The notes beneath the pieces were generated by a model, which saw nothing but the letters and a program-made list of their open reading frames with translations, searched no databases and was not told where the DNA came from. A DNA stretch of 64,000 nucleotides from Selaginella moellendorffii (lineage: Eukaryota; Plantae; Lycopodiophyta): contig NW_003314315.1 of assembly GCF_000143415.4 (NCBI RefSeq), positions 248,001 through 312,000 of the forward strand, given 5' to 3'. Positions 24,261-34,699 of this stretch are shown here, one piece after another. Positions within the stretch are counted from its first letter, which is position 1. Each line of letters starts with the position of its first letter. The position numbers and the translations under genes were made by a program.

Positions 24261-26772
24261 ATGGATTCAGACGATGACATGCAAGACGCCTACACCTCCG
24301 ACGGCGACTACTATGGCGATGAGTACAGCGACGCGATGCCCAGCGACGAGGAGGACGATGACTCCGTCTACCCGTTTGATGATAATTCCATGGACGATCT
24401 TTCCCCTTCCACTCGGGCGCCTCAGGTATGGCTCGGGAAATCGCGCGCTTTACATTTTGGCTGCCTTGTGCTTTTCCAGAATAATTTCGTGGTGCTGAGT
24501 GAAGACGAAATTTGCAAGAGGCAAGAGGAGGCTGTGAAGAGCGTAGCGGGCGTGTTATCGATTTCCAAGGGCGATGCTAGTGTTCTTTTGCGGCACTTCA
24601 AGTGGTTCGTGTTGCGAAATCTCGCTCTCTTTGGTTTTTCCTTGATCGTAGTGAGTGAGCTTGAGCTCTTTTCTCTTTCCCAGGTGCATCAGTACTGTAA
24701 ATGATGAATGGTTTGCCAATGAGCAAGCTGTTCGCAAGACAGTTGGCTTACTGGAGAAATCCGCGGGGAGGAGACCTCCCAAAGAGGTGATCCTTGCAAG
24801 TTTGCTTTGTTTTTTCGATGCTTGACGTGGACTCTACTTCCAGATTGTTTGCGGGATCTGCTTCGATGCTTTCGGGGTTGACAAGATGAGAGCAACGGTT
24901 TGCGGGCATTACTTTTGTAGTTTATGTTGGACAGGTTGCTAAACGTAGCGGAAACGCTTGGCTTTGCTCACTGATTCGCACCTTTTTTTTCTAATGATCA
25001 GGATATGTTCATACTGCGATTTCCGATGGCCCTGGATGTCTGACACTTCGATGTCCTGATCCATCTTGTAACGCTGCTGTCGGGGATGAGCTTGTTATGT
25101 CGCTGGTTTGCGAGGAAGACCGTGTCAAGTACAATAGATATTTGTTACGCTCGTTTGTCGAAGACAACCGAAAGGTGTCGCTTTCTGTTGTAGCTGGATT
25201 GCTTAACTGACAAACTTGTGCAGGCAAAATGGTGTCCTGCTCCAGGATGTGATTTTGCGCTGGAGTATTTTCCAGGTAGTGGTTCACATGACGTTGTCTG
25301 CAAGTGCGGTCATCCATTCTGCTGGAGCGTAAGTATGCGAAAGCTGTTCATGTTTTGGCTTTAACTTTGTGAAGCTGCAGTGTTTGGAGGATGCCCATCG
25401 GCCCGTTGATTGCGAAACTGTGACGAAGTGGATACTGAAAAACTGCGCTGAATCCGAGAACATGAATTGGTAGGCTGTTGCTTCCTAGTTGTAACGACTG
25501 AATTCATCGTCTTTTCTTGCTGATCAGGATTCTCGCCAATTCCAAACCTTGTCCAAAGTGTAAAAGACCGATCGAAAAATCTCAAGGATGCATGCATATA
25601 ACGTGTACGCCTCCGTGCAAGTTTGAGTTTTGCTGGTAGGTGATTTTTTTTTCTCGCTGATGTCTGATTGATGTGTGGTAGGCTTTGTCTTGGACCGTGG
25701 TCTGAACACGGTGAGCGCACAGGGGGATTTTATGCTTGTAATCGGTATGAAGCTGCTAAGCAGGAAGGAGTGGTACGTATCTAGGTAGTTCTCACTGCCT
25801 CAAATTTACAAGTTTTCTTACAGTATGATGAAGCTGAAAGGCGTAGAGAGATGGCTAAGAACATGCTTGAACGTTATACACACTACTACGAAAGATGGGC
25901 CACAAACGAGTCATCCAGGCAAAAAGCGCTCTCTGATCTTCAACAGATGCAAGCTTTACATGTTTGTTGCTGTGTTTTGTTTCTTCAGTGCTAATGTTTA
26001 TCGTGTGATGCTTTCCAGATGGAGAAATTAAGCGACAGACAGTGTCAGCCTGTATCACAGCTAAAGTTTGTGACGGATGCTTGGATGCAGGTAAGCTCTA
26101 TCCTGTATAGTTGTTCTTTTCTGATAAGTCTTGTGCCGTGTAGATCGTAGAGTGCCGACGGGTTCTAAAATGGACATACGCGTATGGTTATTATCTTCCA
26201 GAAAACGAGGATGCGAAGCGGCAGTTTTTTGAGTACGTGCAAGGTATACAACATGGCCTTTTCTCTCGTGCATCGCTGATACCAAAGTGGAAAAATCAGG
26301 TGAAGCGGAGGCCGGCCTTGAGCGCCTACACCAATGCGCGGAGAAGGACTTGCAAGTCTTCCTGGGCGAGGATCCTCCGGATGTCCCGTTCAACGAGTTT
26401 CGCACCAAACTGGCTGGTCTCACAAGGTAAGGCAAAGTTTCCAAAGTTTTTCTTCCTGGCATTTGCTCATGATCCGCGGCTGCGCGCAGTGTAACGAGGA
26501 CTTACTTTGAGAACTTGATGCGCGCGCTGGAGACGGGGCTATCGGACGTGGACAACTCGAAAGCGGCGGCCAACAGCAACAAGAACAGCAGCAGCAGCTC
26601 CAAGGCGTCGGGAAGCTCCCGGAAGAGCGGCAAGAAAGGCGGGAGCTCCAAGAACAATGGGGGCTCGAGCCGGAGCGCCATTGACGAGAGCGGTGTGTGG
26701 TCGTGCGAGCGCTGCACCTTCGGTAATCCATCCAGCGTGCGTTCGTGTCAACTGTGCCACCACAGGCCCTGA
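24261..26772 (+). CDS. ARIADNE-family RBR E3 ubiquitin ligase with C-terminal RanBP2-type zinc finger
   Basis: Acidic N-terminus; LLRHFKW; RING1 [21 protein letters not shown]; [18 protein letters not shown]; RING2 [19 protein letters not shown]; Ariadne domain RYTHYYERW...[12 protein letters not shown]; C-terminal [20 protein letters not shown]. Confidence 0.93.
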
Positions 26773-26953
26773 GAGAAGGAAGAAAAGTTGTCTTTAAGCA
26801 AAGTATATTCTTGGTATTTTAGGGCTCCGTGAAGGGAATCCTGTATATTCCTAACGGTCAGCGAATCTAAGCATATTCGAAGCACAAAACTTCTCGTTTG
26901 AGTTTAGAGCAAAAGCTTGCGATTGTTCCTTTACATCGACAGAAGAATAGAGC

Positions 26954-28673
26954 TCAAGGTTCTGGGCTTCCTCCGATAATGGGAATTGGCATTCCCATCC
27001 TGGCGAGAACATTAGAGTTTGTAAGTTTCAAACCAGGCACAAAAAGCAAGAGCATCGACACTCACCCGCTGTGTCTCGAGAAGTAATCGTTGTCGAGAGA
27101 GACGGCAAGAGCTAGAACAATCGCTCTCTCGGTCAGTGTCAAAGAGCGAGAAACCGAAAGAGGCTCCACCTGGAAAAAGAAAAATCTCGCGAGCTCGCAA
27201 GAGGAAAACGCAAAGATATCCACCTGTGGATCAACGTTTTGAGCTTGCTCGCCGCCCTGCAAAACGTACTGGCCAGCAACTCCAGCTCTGTTTGTACCAT
27301 CAGCCAGGACTTCGCCAAATCTCACGACATATTGCCCAGCATCTGTGAAGAACTGCATTCCAAGCAGTGAGATACTCGCTGGTCTGGAATTATCACACCA
27401 TACCTCGTAGCCAAATCCTCTCCAGCTGCGGTCCACGACGGCCAGAGTATCGCCATTCTCGTCACACACAGTGAAAGTCCAGTTCCAAAAGCCCGGATTC
27501 TCAACACGTCCAAACTGCGTCTTCCTGCATTCGTGTCGCACTGTCAAGCGACTCCAGAAACTTCGAGTTTCCGTGGTGCTTACCCGAGATAGAGATCATA
27601 GATTCGTCTCCAGACATGCCATCTCCTGTGAACCTCACCAACAAGCTGCGAAAGTCGTGTTAAAACATCTCGAGTAGAAAGAGTTTAGTGCAGTACAATG
27701 CCATCAACTTCCACAAAGATTGTGCTGTTGATCAACCAGGCTGGTCGTCGAACCTGACAGAAAGCGTCACAAGAGTAGAAGAAAGAAAAGAAACGGTAAG
27801 ATTTGTAACCTGGAAAACCTGGTTGCCGTAGGCATCTAGAACATTGGCGATGAAAGGCCTCCTCGTTCGCAGTAACTGCGACATCGCTGCAAGTAATCAA
27901 TAAGCGATAACTGGGAACTTGTTCTAAAGCTTTACCTGGCGCATGATAAAGCTGCTCTCTTCAAGAAGATATCCAACAGCCTAGCCAAACACTCAGTCCA
28001 AAACAATGCCATAGACTAGAGAAACTACTTACTGCTTGCGGCTGGCGAGGATCCATGATAACGTATCTGTTTTGCTGCAAAGGAAAAAAGAGAAGATAAA
28101 GAAAAATCAAGAGAAAGAGCTACAAAGGAATTACTTGCTCCAGACCGAAGGCAACGTTGGCCCACTCTATGTTCCTGGTGACCATCAAATCGGGCCTCGC
28201 TAACACAGGAACAAGCCTGTGCTGTTAAAAGGAAGGGAAAGAAGAAGCAAAGCATGAGTTATAAGAGTTTCCAAAGTGAAAGCTTTACTTCTTGTGGAGA
28301 ATCTGGCGCCAGAGCTCCAACAAGAGGTTCGCTGGGAGGAGGCTGCTCGGCATTGTAAACCCCTGCTATCATCGATCAAAATAAAGCTCCAAGAGCCAAT
28401 TCAAAAATTTTTACCAGAGGAAGCAACTGGCTTGGAAAGCTTGAGCCTGAGCTTGCGCTCCTCGTCGCGCCGGCGCTTGTCGAAAAGCATCCGCTCAATC
28501 AGCCTTCTCCTGCTCAGAGACTGATCGTCGCCAACGCTCTGACTGCACGCCGGGGAAAGAGAAATCTCCCTCGCGCCGGCGGGATTGCTGCTCCATCTAG
28601 CGAAATGCGCGAGCTGATCGTCCTGAGCGCGCACTTGGATCCGCCGAGCCGCTCGTAAGAGGCGCCCAGCCAT
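26954..28673 (-). CDS. Phospholipid scramblase family protein (AIM25-like, probably mitochondrial)
   Basis: Basic N-terminal presequence (MAGRLLRAARR); VTRNIEWANVAFGLEQ; RRPAWLINSTI; VHRRWHVWRRIYDLY; NPGFWNWTF; IFTDAG-like FFTDAGQY; LTLTERAIVLALAVSLDNDYFSRHSG. A short last exon gives MGMPIPIIGGSPEP*. Confidence 0.85.
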
Positions 28674-28747
28674 TTGCAAGGCCAGAACCCTAACTCTAAA
28701 CCATTTTTGATGTGGTATAATGTAAAAAGTTAAAATTAAACTAATGG

Positions 28748-28819
28748 CGCCGTTGCCGGGGATCGAACCCGGGTCGTCCGCGTGACAGGCGGAAATACTT
28801 ACCAGTATACTACAACGAC
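28748..28819 (-). tRNA. trnD-GTC: tRNA-Asp(GTC), copy 1 (C15 variant, followed by genomic CCA)
   Basis: GTCGTTGTAGTATACTGGTAAGTATTTCCGCCTGTCACGCGGACGACCCGGGTTCGATCCCCGGCAACGGCG: cloverleaf, GTC anticodon, B-box GGTTCGATCCC. Confidence 0.9.
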
Positions 28820-28883
28820 ATCACATTGTCTCAACTTTAAACTAAATAAATAGCCTTACCAAAATCTGATTATTTAAAACTAT

Positions 28884-28955
28884 CGCCGTTGCCGGGGATC
28901 GAACCCGGGTCGTCCGCGTGACAGGCGGAAATACTTACCACTATACTACAACGAC
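28884..28955 (-). tRNA. trnD-GTC: tRNA-Asp(GTC), copy 2 (canonical G15)
   Basis: Identical to copy 1 except the A-box is TAGTATAGTGG. A T4 run lies 4 nt downstream. Confidence 0.95.
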
Positions 28956-29033
28956 ATCTCATTATCTTACTATTAAACGAAAATTAGAGTTTCATTTCAC
29001 TTATTTAGAATGAAACATTAAAATGATAATAAT

Positions 29034-30971
29034 ATGGATCGACAATCATGGGTAAAAGTCATACAAAATTGCAAGACACTTCCAACAGCTTCCAAGATCG
29101 ATGCAGAGTTGAGACATAAGATTGCTTCTCATGACACTTTCCTCTTTAACAAGCTCATTGAAATGTATGGCAAATGCGGCAATCCAGGCCAGGCCAAGAA
29201 CATCTTTGACACAATGCCACAACGGGATATATTTTCCTTCCATCTTATGATCTTAGCCTACTCCCACAATGGCCATCTTTGCGAAGCCAAGATCATCTTT
29301 GACAATCTCATGCCAAGCCACACCACAGTCTCTTGGAACACAATGCTATCAGCACTTGCCCAAAACGGGCATCTTCACTCTGCCAGAGAGCTCTTTGATC
29401 AAATGCTCGAAAGAAACATGATCTCCTGGACCACAATGTTGGCTGCCTTCTCTCACACCGATAACCTTCAAAAAGCCCTGATGATATTCCACGAGATGCC
29501 ACTGTGGGATCTGGTGGCATATACCACAATGCTGGGTGCTCTCTCCCGTGGTGGCGACGTTGACGCTGCGAAAAGGCTGTTTGATCAGTCCCCGCTGTGG
29601 GATCTTGTGTCCTGGACCGCGCTGCTAGCGGTATATGCCCAGAACGGGCATCTGGAAGATGCCAAGTCTGTGTTTGACGAGATGCCAGAGCACGATTTGG
29701 TATCTTGGACCTCGATGCTAACAGTATATTCTCGAACCGGACACGTACAAAAATCTCGGGAGACGTTTGATCGCATGCCGGAGAGGAATTTATTCTCGTG
29801 GGCCGCAATGGTGGCGGTATATACCCGAGAGGGTGACATGGAATCTGCGGAGAAAACTTTTAGCGAGATGCCACAGTGGAATCTAGTCTGCATGAATGCT
29901 ATGGTCTCAGGATATTCCCACACCGGGAATTTCTATGCCGCAAGGAGCCTGTTTGAACGTATGCCTCTTGGCAATGTAATTACGTGGAATATTCTCCTGG
30001 CAGCGTACGTAGCACGTGAAGACTACGACAAAACGTGTGTCATCTTTAGCCAAATGCCTCAATGTGATTTGTTCTCTTGGAATATGCTCATGACAGCATA
30101 TGCCCGAAAAGGGTATCTGGAGGAAGCAGGACATATTTACGGCACAATGCCACAAAGGAATCTTGTTTCAATGACCGCCATGCTAACAGCATATTCCCAA
30201 CATGGGTATCATTTTGAAGCAAAGATGCTGTTTGATGCTGCCCCTCAACAAGATCAGGTCCTTTGGAACTGTATGCTTGCAGCATATACCCAGAACGGGT
30301 ATATTCCAGATGCCGAGCTTCTATTTTACTCCATGCCACAAAGGGACAATGTGTCCTGGAACGCAATGCTGGCCGTTTATGCCCGACGCGGGCATATATT
30401 TCGAGCTACACGGCTGTTTGAGACGATGCTCGAGCAAGACATCACTTCCTGGAGCGCTTTGCAAGCGGCATACGCCCAAAACGGCCACTCTTTCCAAACT
30501 TTCGAGACCTTCGACAAGATGGCGATGGTGGAGTCACCCGACGAGATCTGCTTCATCCTCTATCTCGTCGCTTGCAGCCAAGCCGGAGAAACGTTCAGAG
30601 GACGGTGTTGTTTCGTGTCGATGGCGATGGATTTCGGCCTCCAGCCCGGAAAGCAGCACTACAGCTGCGTGGTGGACTTGCTTAGCCGAGCAGGATACTT
30701 GTCCAGTGCCAAGGAACTCATCCAAACCATGCCTTTCGTTCCGGGAGTGTGGGAGTGGACCTGCTTTCTAGGAGCTTGTCGGAGCTATAGCGATTCCTAT
30801 CACGGTTCCCAAGCTGCGAGCATTGTTCTCGAGTCGTATCAGCAGCTGGGATCCGGCTATGTGCTGCTTGCCAACACTTACTTCGGATTCCAACCTGAAA
30901 GTTCTATACAAACTCCGAAGCTCGAAAGCACAAAGCCTAGAGCATGGGTGGAGTGTAACCCAAACTGTTGA
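29034..30971 (+). CDS. Pentatricopeptide repeat protein, PLS class with E-type C-terminus, intronless
   Basis: Tandem ~31-aa repeats (SWNTMLSALAQNGHLHSARELFDQM...), then HYSCVVDLLSRAG..A.ELI..MPF.P...W..FLGAC and GYVLLANTY. No DYW domain. Confidence 0.92.
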   Translation: MDRQSWVKVIQNCKTLPTASKIDAELRHKIASHDTFLFNKLIEMYGKCGNPGQAKNIFDTMPQRDIFSFHLMILAYSHNGHLCEAKIIFDNLMPSHTTVSWNTMLSALAQNGHLHSARELFDQMLERNMISWTTMLAAFSHTDNLQKALMIFHEMPLWDLVAYTTMLGALSRGGDVDAAKRLFDQSPLWDLVSWTALLAVYAQNGHLEDAKSVFDEMPEHDLVSWTSMLTVYSRTGHVQKSRETFDRMPERNLFSWAAMVAVYTREGDMESAEKTFSEMPQWNLVCMNAMVSGYSHTGNFYAARSLFERMPLGNVITWNILLAAYVAREDYDKTCVIFSQMPQCDLFSWNMLMTAYARKGYLEEAGHIYGTMPQRNLVSMTAMLTAYSQHGYHFEAKMLFDAAPQQDQVLWNCMLAAYTQNGYIPDAELLFYSMPQRDNVSWNAMLAVYARRGHIFRATRLFETMLEQDITSWSALQAAYAQNGHSFQTFETFDKMAMVESPDEICFILYLVACSQAGETFRGRCCFVSMAMDFGLQPGKQHYSCVVDLLSRAGYLSSAKELIQTMPFVPGVWEWTCFLGACRSYSDSYHGSQAASIVLESYQQLGSGYVLLANTYFGFQPESSIQTPKLESTKPRAWVECNPNC

Positions 30972-31935
30972 GATCAATGTACTGCGTGGGTTCCTGTCTG
31001 TGCCTGTGAGCCTTGACGGCCGCCAGGAATGCCCCTATTGCTAAAACGAGGAGTAGAAACCAGACCTGCGTGACGAGCCTGGTTGGCTTTCGTATCGCCT
31101 CCGGACAAGCTTCTGTGCCCCGGAAGAATTTTTGGGACCAGCAGCAACGTTGACTACAGGGTGGAGTCCGTTCTGTAAAACCACGAGTGTAAATCGAAAG
31201 AGAAGTGTATGTTTTGCATACCTCCATCATTCCGTGAGAGCTGAATGACAATGTGCTCGTAGAAAACCGAGGCAGGCTGTGATCTTCCCTTGCACAAATT
31301 GCATTTGGTGCTGTCCAACGGTCCATGGAAACCGGGAGGTGTCTGCTTCTGAGAAAAGGTGGCACACAGGCTTGTGCCATATTCCAAGGAAAATCTCCTT
31401 GGCACTAAAGCCAGAGGTGGTCATGTTGAAGAGATTCTTCCCCAGAAAAAAAAATGCGCTTGGAGTGCGGCTAGAGCGGACGACTCTTTGGTTACGACAG
31501 ACGCTAGTGAACAAATTAAAACGTGTAAGAACTTACAAGAAGTTCGTCCACAGCGTGATCGAACATTCCCGCACACCGAAATTCCTGTTGTGGCTGTACG
31601 TTACGACCAGAAGACAACTCTAGGCTCAGAAAATAATTCTATCGTCACCAAATGGTGTTGTAGTTATCTGTCTGAACAAGTCCACCTAAAGCAGTGTTGG
31701 ATATGTACCAATCTTACTCACATCTGCTTCCTCAACCGCAGCAGTAACCATTTCGCACTTTGCCACCTCTCGAGAGAAGAATCTAGCTCTCACAAATTCT
31801 CTCTGGCAATCGATCACGGGGCTTTGAGATGGCCTACCAGGGCCACAACGGGATGGAATGACTTAAGATAGGTAAATGTTTATGAGGTACAACAAAGGTC
31901 TTGTATGTCCCAAAAATATCAAAAAATCTTATTAA

Positions 31936-32007
31936 CATCTTGCAAAGATCTGCTTTCTATTTTCCAGATCCGGATCTGGAAAATGGGAAGCAGATTTTTG
32001 CAAGATG
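31936..32007. repeat. 72-nt near-perfect palindrome centred on GATCCGGATC
   Basis: 36-bp arms with 3 non-Watson-Crick pairs, all G:T on the + strand. A partly deleted copy lies at ~42502-42569. Confidence 0.9.
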
Positions 32008-32020
32008 CTTCAATAGTTTC

Positions 32021-32245
32021 CATGATAGTTTGCATATTGCTACCTTCCATTCAGCTCTTGGTTTGACATGATTTATGTGGGATGGGATGTGAAATGAAGG
32101 TGATTTTCTTCTAAGTAAAAAGATCACTCTAGCTTACAACTCCTTCAGGAAAATCACCGTCATTCAAGATCCCATCCCAGATCGCAAGGACAAATCCTGG
32201 CATCATGTCAGACCAACCTGTTCAATATGCAAACTACTATCATGT
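32021..32245. repeat. Long imperfect foldback (MITE-like or hairpin RNA), copy A
   Basis: Nested complementary arms: atagtttgcatattg/caatatgcaaacta, ttggtttgacatgat/atcatgtcagaccaa, gggatgggat/atcccatccc, atgaaggtgattttc/gaaaatcaccgtcat. Confidence 0.8.
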
Positions 32246-32522
32246 GGTTTGTAGCCGATAAAGATTGCTGCGTCGCTGGCTGATCTACTATTTATCTACA
32301 AGGAATATAATGTCCCCCTAGGATGCTGATTTTGTCTTCGTTTGTACTGTACATTCTGGCCAGCTGGGTTTATTCTTGCTATTTGGTTCTTGTTTCGCTT
32401 TCGTTAGAGCAGTCCGGAAATCAGCAAGAGAAACGTGGGATCCGGCATATCTGAATTGTTCGAATCTTTGCGAGTATATAACCAAGTGCGCTTGCCTCTC
32501 CAAAATCATCCTCTATTTCGCT

Positions 32523-32897
32523 ATGGCTCAGTCTATCAAGCTTGCTCCTCTCATTGCGCTGCTCCTTTGCATTGCTGCCACTGCTGAAGTGCTTGACGTT
32601 CCAGGCGAGTTTTTCTTTGTCGATGGAGCAGCCCGCCTACCGTCTGAATGCAGGCCCGAGTCGCTGTGCTGCCCAAACAGCAAATTCTGTCCCAAGGGCA
32701 AATACTGCACCATTTGCATGCCCAGCAATCCGCCTTTGTGCATGTGCACAGAGGCTCCTCCGAACTGCGGAGTAGGCAGTAGCTGCTGCAGTGACGGGGA
32801 CTGCCCAAAGGGAAAAGCTTGCAGCGTATGCACTAAATCGATCCCACCTATTTGTCGCTGTGGCCCTGAGCCTAAGATCGTTCTTGTTTCCGAGTGA
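32523..32897 (+). CDS. Secreted Cys-rich Bowman-Birk-type protease inhibitor, copy A (loops CMPSNPPLC and CTKSIPPIC)
   Basis: TATATAA ~45 nt upstream; signal peptide MAQSIKLAPLIALLLCIAATA; two 8-Cys repeats, each ending in a C-x-x-S-x-P-P-x-C nonapeptide loop (BBI consensus CTxSxPPxC). Confidence 0.88.
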   Translation: MAQSIKLAPLIALLLCIAATAEVLDVPGEFFFVDGAARLPSECRPESLCCPNSKFCPKGKYCTICMPSNPPLCMCTEAPPNCGVGSSCCSDGDCPKGKACSVCTKSIPPICRCGPEPKIVLVSE

Positions 32898-34699
32898 AAC
32901 CGGCTACAGCCGAAATATATATCATGTGGCGGTCAACCCTGTTGACTGTGTAATAAGAGATCTTTCATAATGATAATGTGGCTATTTTTAACGTTCTTAT
33001 GTAATTGTCAGATTGATTTCGAGTTGGAAAGCCTTCTAAATTTAGTTTGGAAAGGATGAAAGTTGATATAGTCAATGACAGTTAATCACAGTAAATAAAT
33101 GTCTTCAATCTCAAAATGCTTCTAAGACTTCTCCAGGCTCTAACAATAGTTTCAATGTTAAAAGATATCAAAGCTTATAAGCAATTAGAAGAGACACCAA
33201 TAGATTAAGAGAGTGATGTGGTCTACTACCAATGAAGTGGCATATGACCTTATGTTGCGATTTGTTTGTGATCATATCTTACTTGAATTTGCTCTGGACA
33301 ACCAATCTCAATGGTTTAGACTCAGTTCTCATTTTTGTACATTTAAGGCCAGTTACCAACATCTTGTATATAAACCTTTTTGAATATTCAATTTATTTAC
33401 ACATTTTAAAAAATTTGCTATGTGTTGCATGCAGCTTTGTGTAATAGTAGTGTTATTCTTATTTATTAATGAAATTTTAAATTATAAACATGTTTTATAA
33501 GCACAAAATTAATTTTATTGAATATCAACCATTAGATGGTAGAATAAAGTAGAATAGACTAGAAAGTGCTTAGGAAAGTTTATAATTATAAACATATTCA
33601 TAAATTATAAATATAAGATTAATCTAATTGTTAGATAGTAAAATATTATAGAATATCCAAGTACATTCTAAGTATATTCACTATAGGTTTGATTAAGCAA
33701 ACCAAAACCTCATAAACATCCATTACTATTAAAAAGTTTACATAAACATCCAAGATGCATCCAAGAATGCATCTTGGATATTCAATAGAGTAAGATAAAC
33801 ACAAAGAATAAATACATATGCTCTTACGTTAAAATTTTAGAAGTTTAGTTTCAATTAAATTTCCTTTTTTTTAAAAGTGAAAGTAAATGTATACATCAAG
33901 CAATTCATGGTTGCTCATATAACAAACTAAAAATCTCTCTTAGCCAAAAATCATATAAAAATTAAACTTATACATACAAAAAATTACATTATATGTATTT
34001 GAAAAAGTTGGTATTGAGAATGAAGATGGTCTTTTAACACTTAAGTTTAATACAATTGTTATATAGCTTGAGTAAAAAAGAATACAAAAGGTATATTATA
34101 TGTGCTAACACATGGCAAATTGTGGAATCTTATTTGTGAATAAAATTACTCTCATTAAGACTTATTTTCTAAATATACACTAATATTTTATTGAATAAAA
34201 GTATAAAAAAGACACACATATTTACATTATAGTGCTTCTCAAAAATGGAATGCCACTATTAGTTAATGATTTTTTCCATTTAATACACTAATAACATATG
34301 TAAATAATATAAATAATAAATAATAAATTATGTATATGAGGGCCAAGTGTATGGCTACAATGCCATATACTAATATTAATATAGTGGGATTTTGGTAGCT
34401 GTCAAATTGATTTTAATCCAGACCACTCGCTTTTGTATATAAGCTAGGGTATTTGGGCTAATTAAGAGGCACATTTTTTGTATTCCCTTTCTATATTCCA
34501 AGCACTCACATTGGTGGAGGTGAGGGGCATTTTTCATTGTCCCTGAGGAGTGTTTGGATTTGGGATTTTGATTTAGATCTAACTTTTGCATCGTCTAGAT
34601 TTAGCTTTTTCCATTTCTTTTCTTTTGTTCTTTCTTTTTAGGATTTTGGTTTAGATCTAACTTTTTGCATTGTCTAGATCTACCATTTCCTTCTAACTT

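Larger units (their letters stand above)
31450..33320 (+). repeat. Segmental duplication, copy A (paired with 42250-43858)
   Basis: Shared colinear blocks: ggagtgcggct.gagcggac.actctttggttacg, cgtcaccaaatggtgttgtagttatc, the foldbacks, the BBI gene, and the 3' flank tcaaaatgcttc.aagacttc...caatctcaatggttta. Confidence 0.9.

Noticed and set aside
32376-32522. N-terminal extensions of the BBI ORFs (also 42888-43076)
   Set aside because: They span the TATA box; the signal peptide begins at MAQSIK.
32605-32631. Possible GC-AG intron in the BBI pro-region (GEFFFVDGA)
   Set aside because: Only ~27 nt, below the intron sizes seen here; the frame is open without it.
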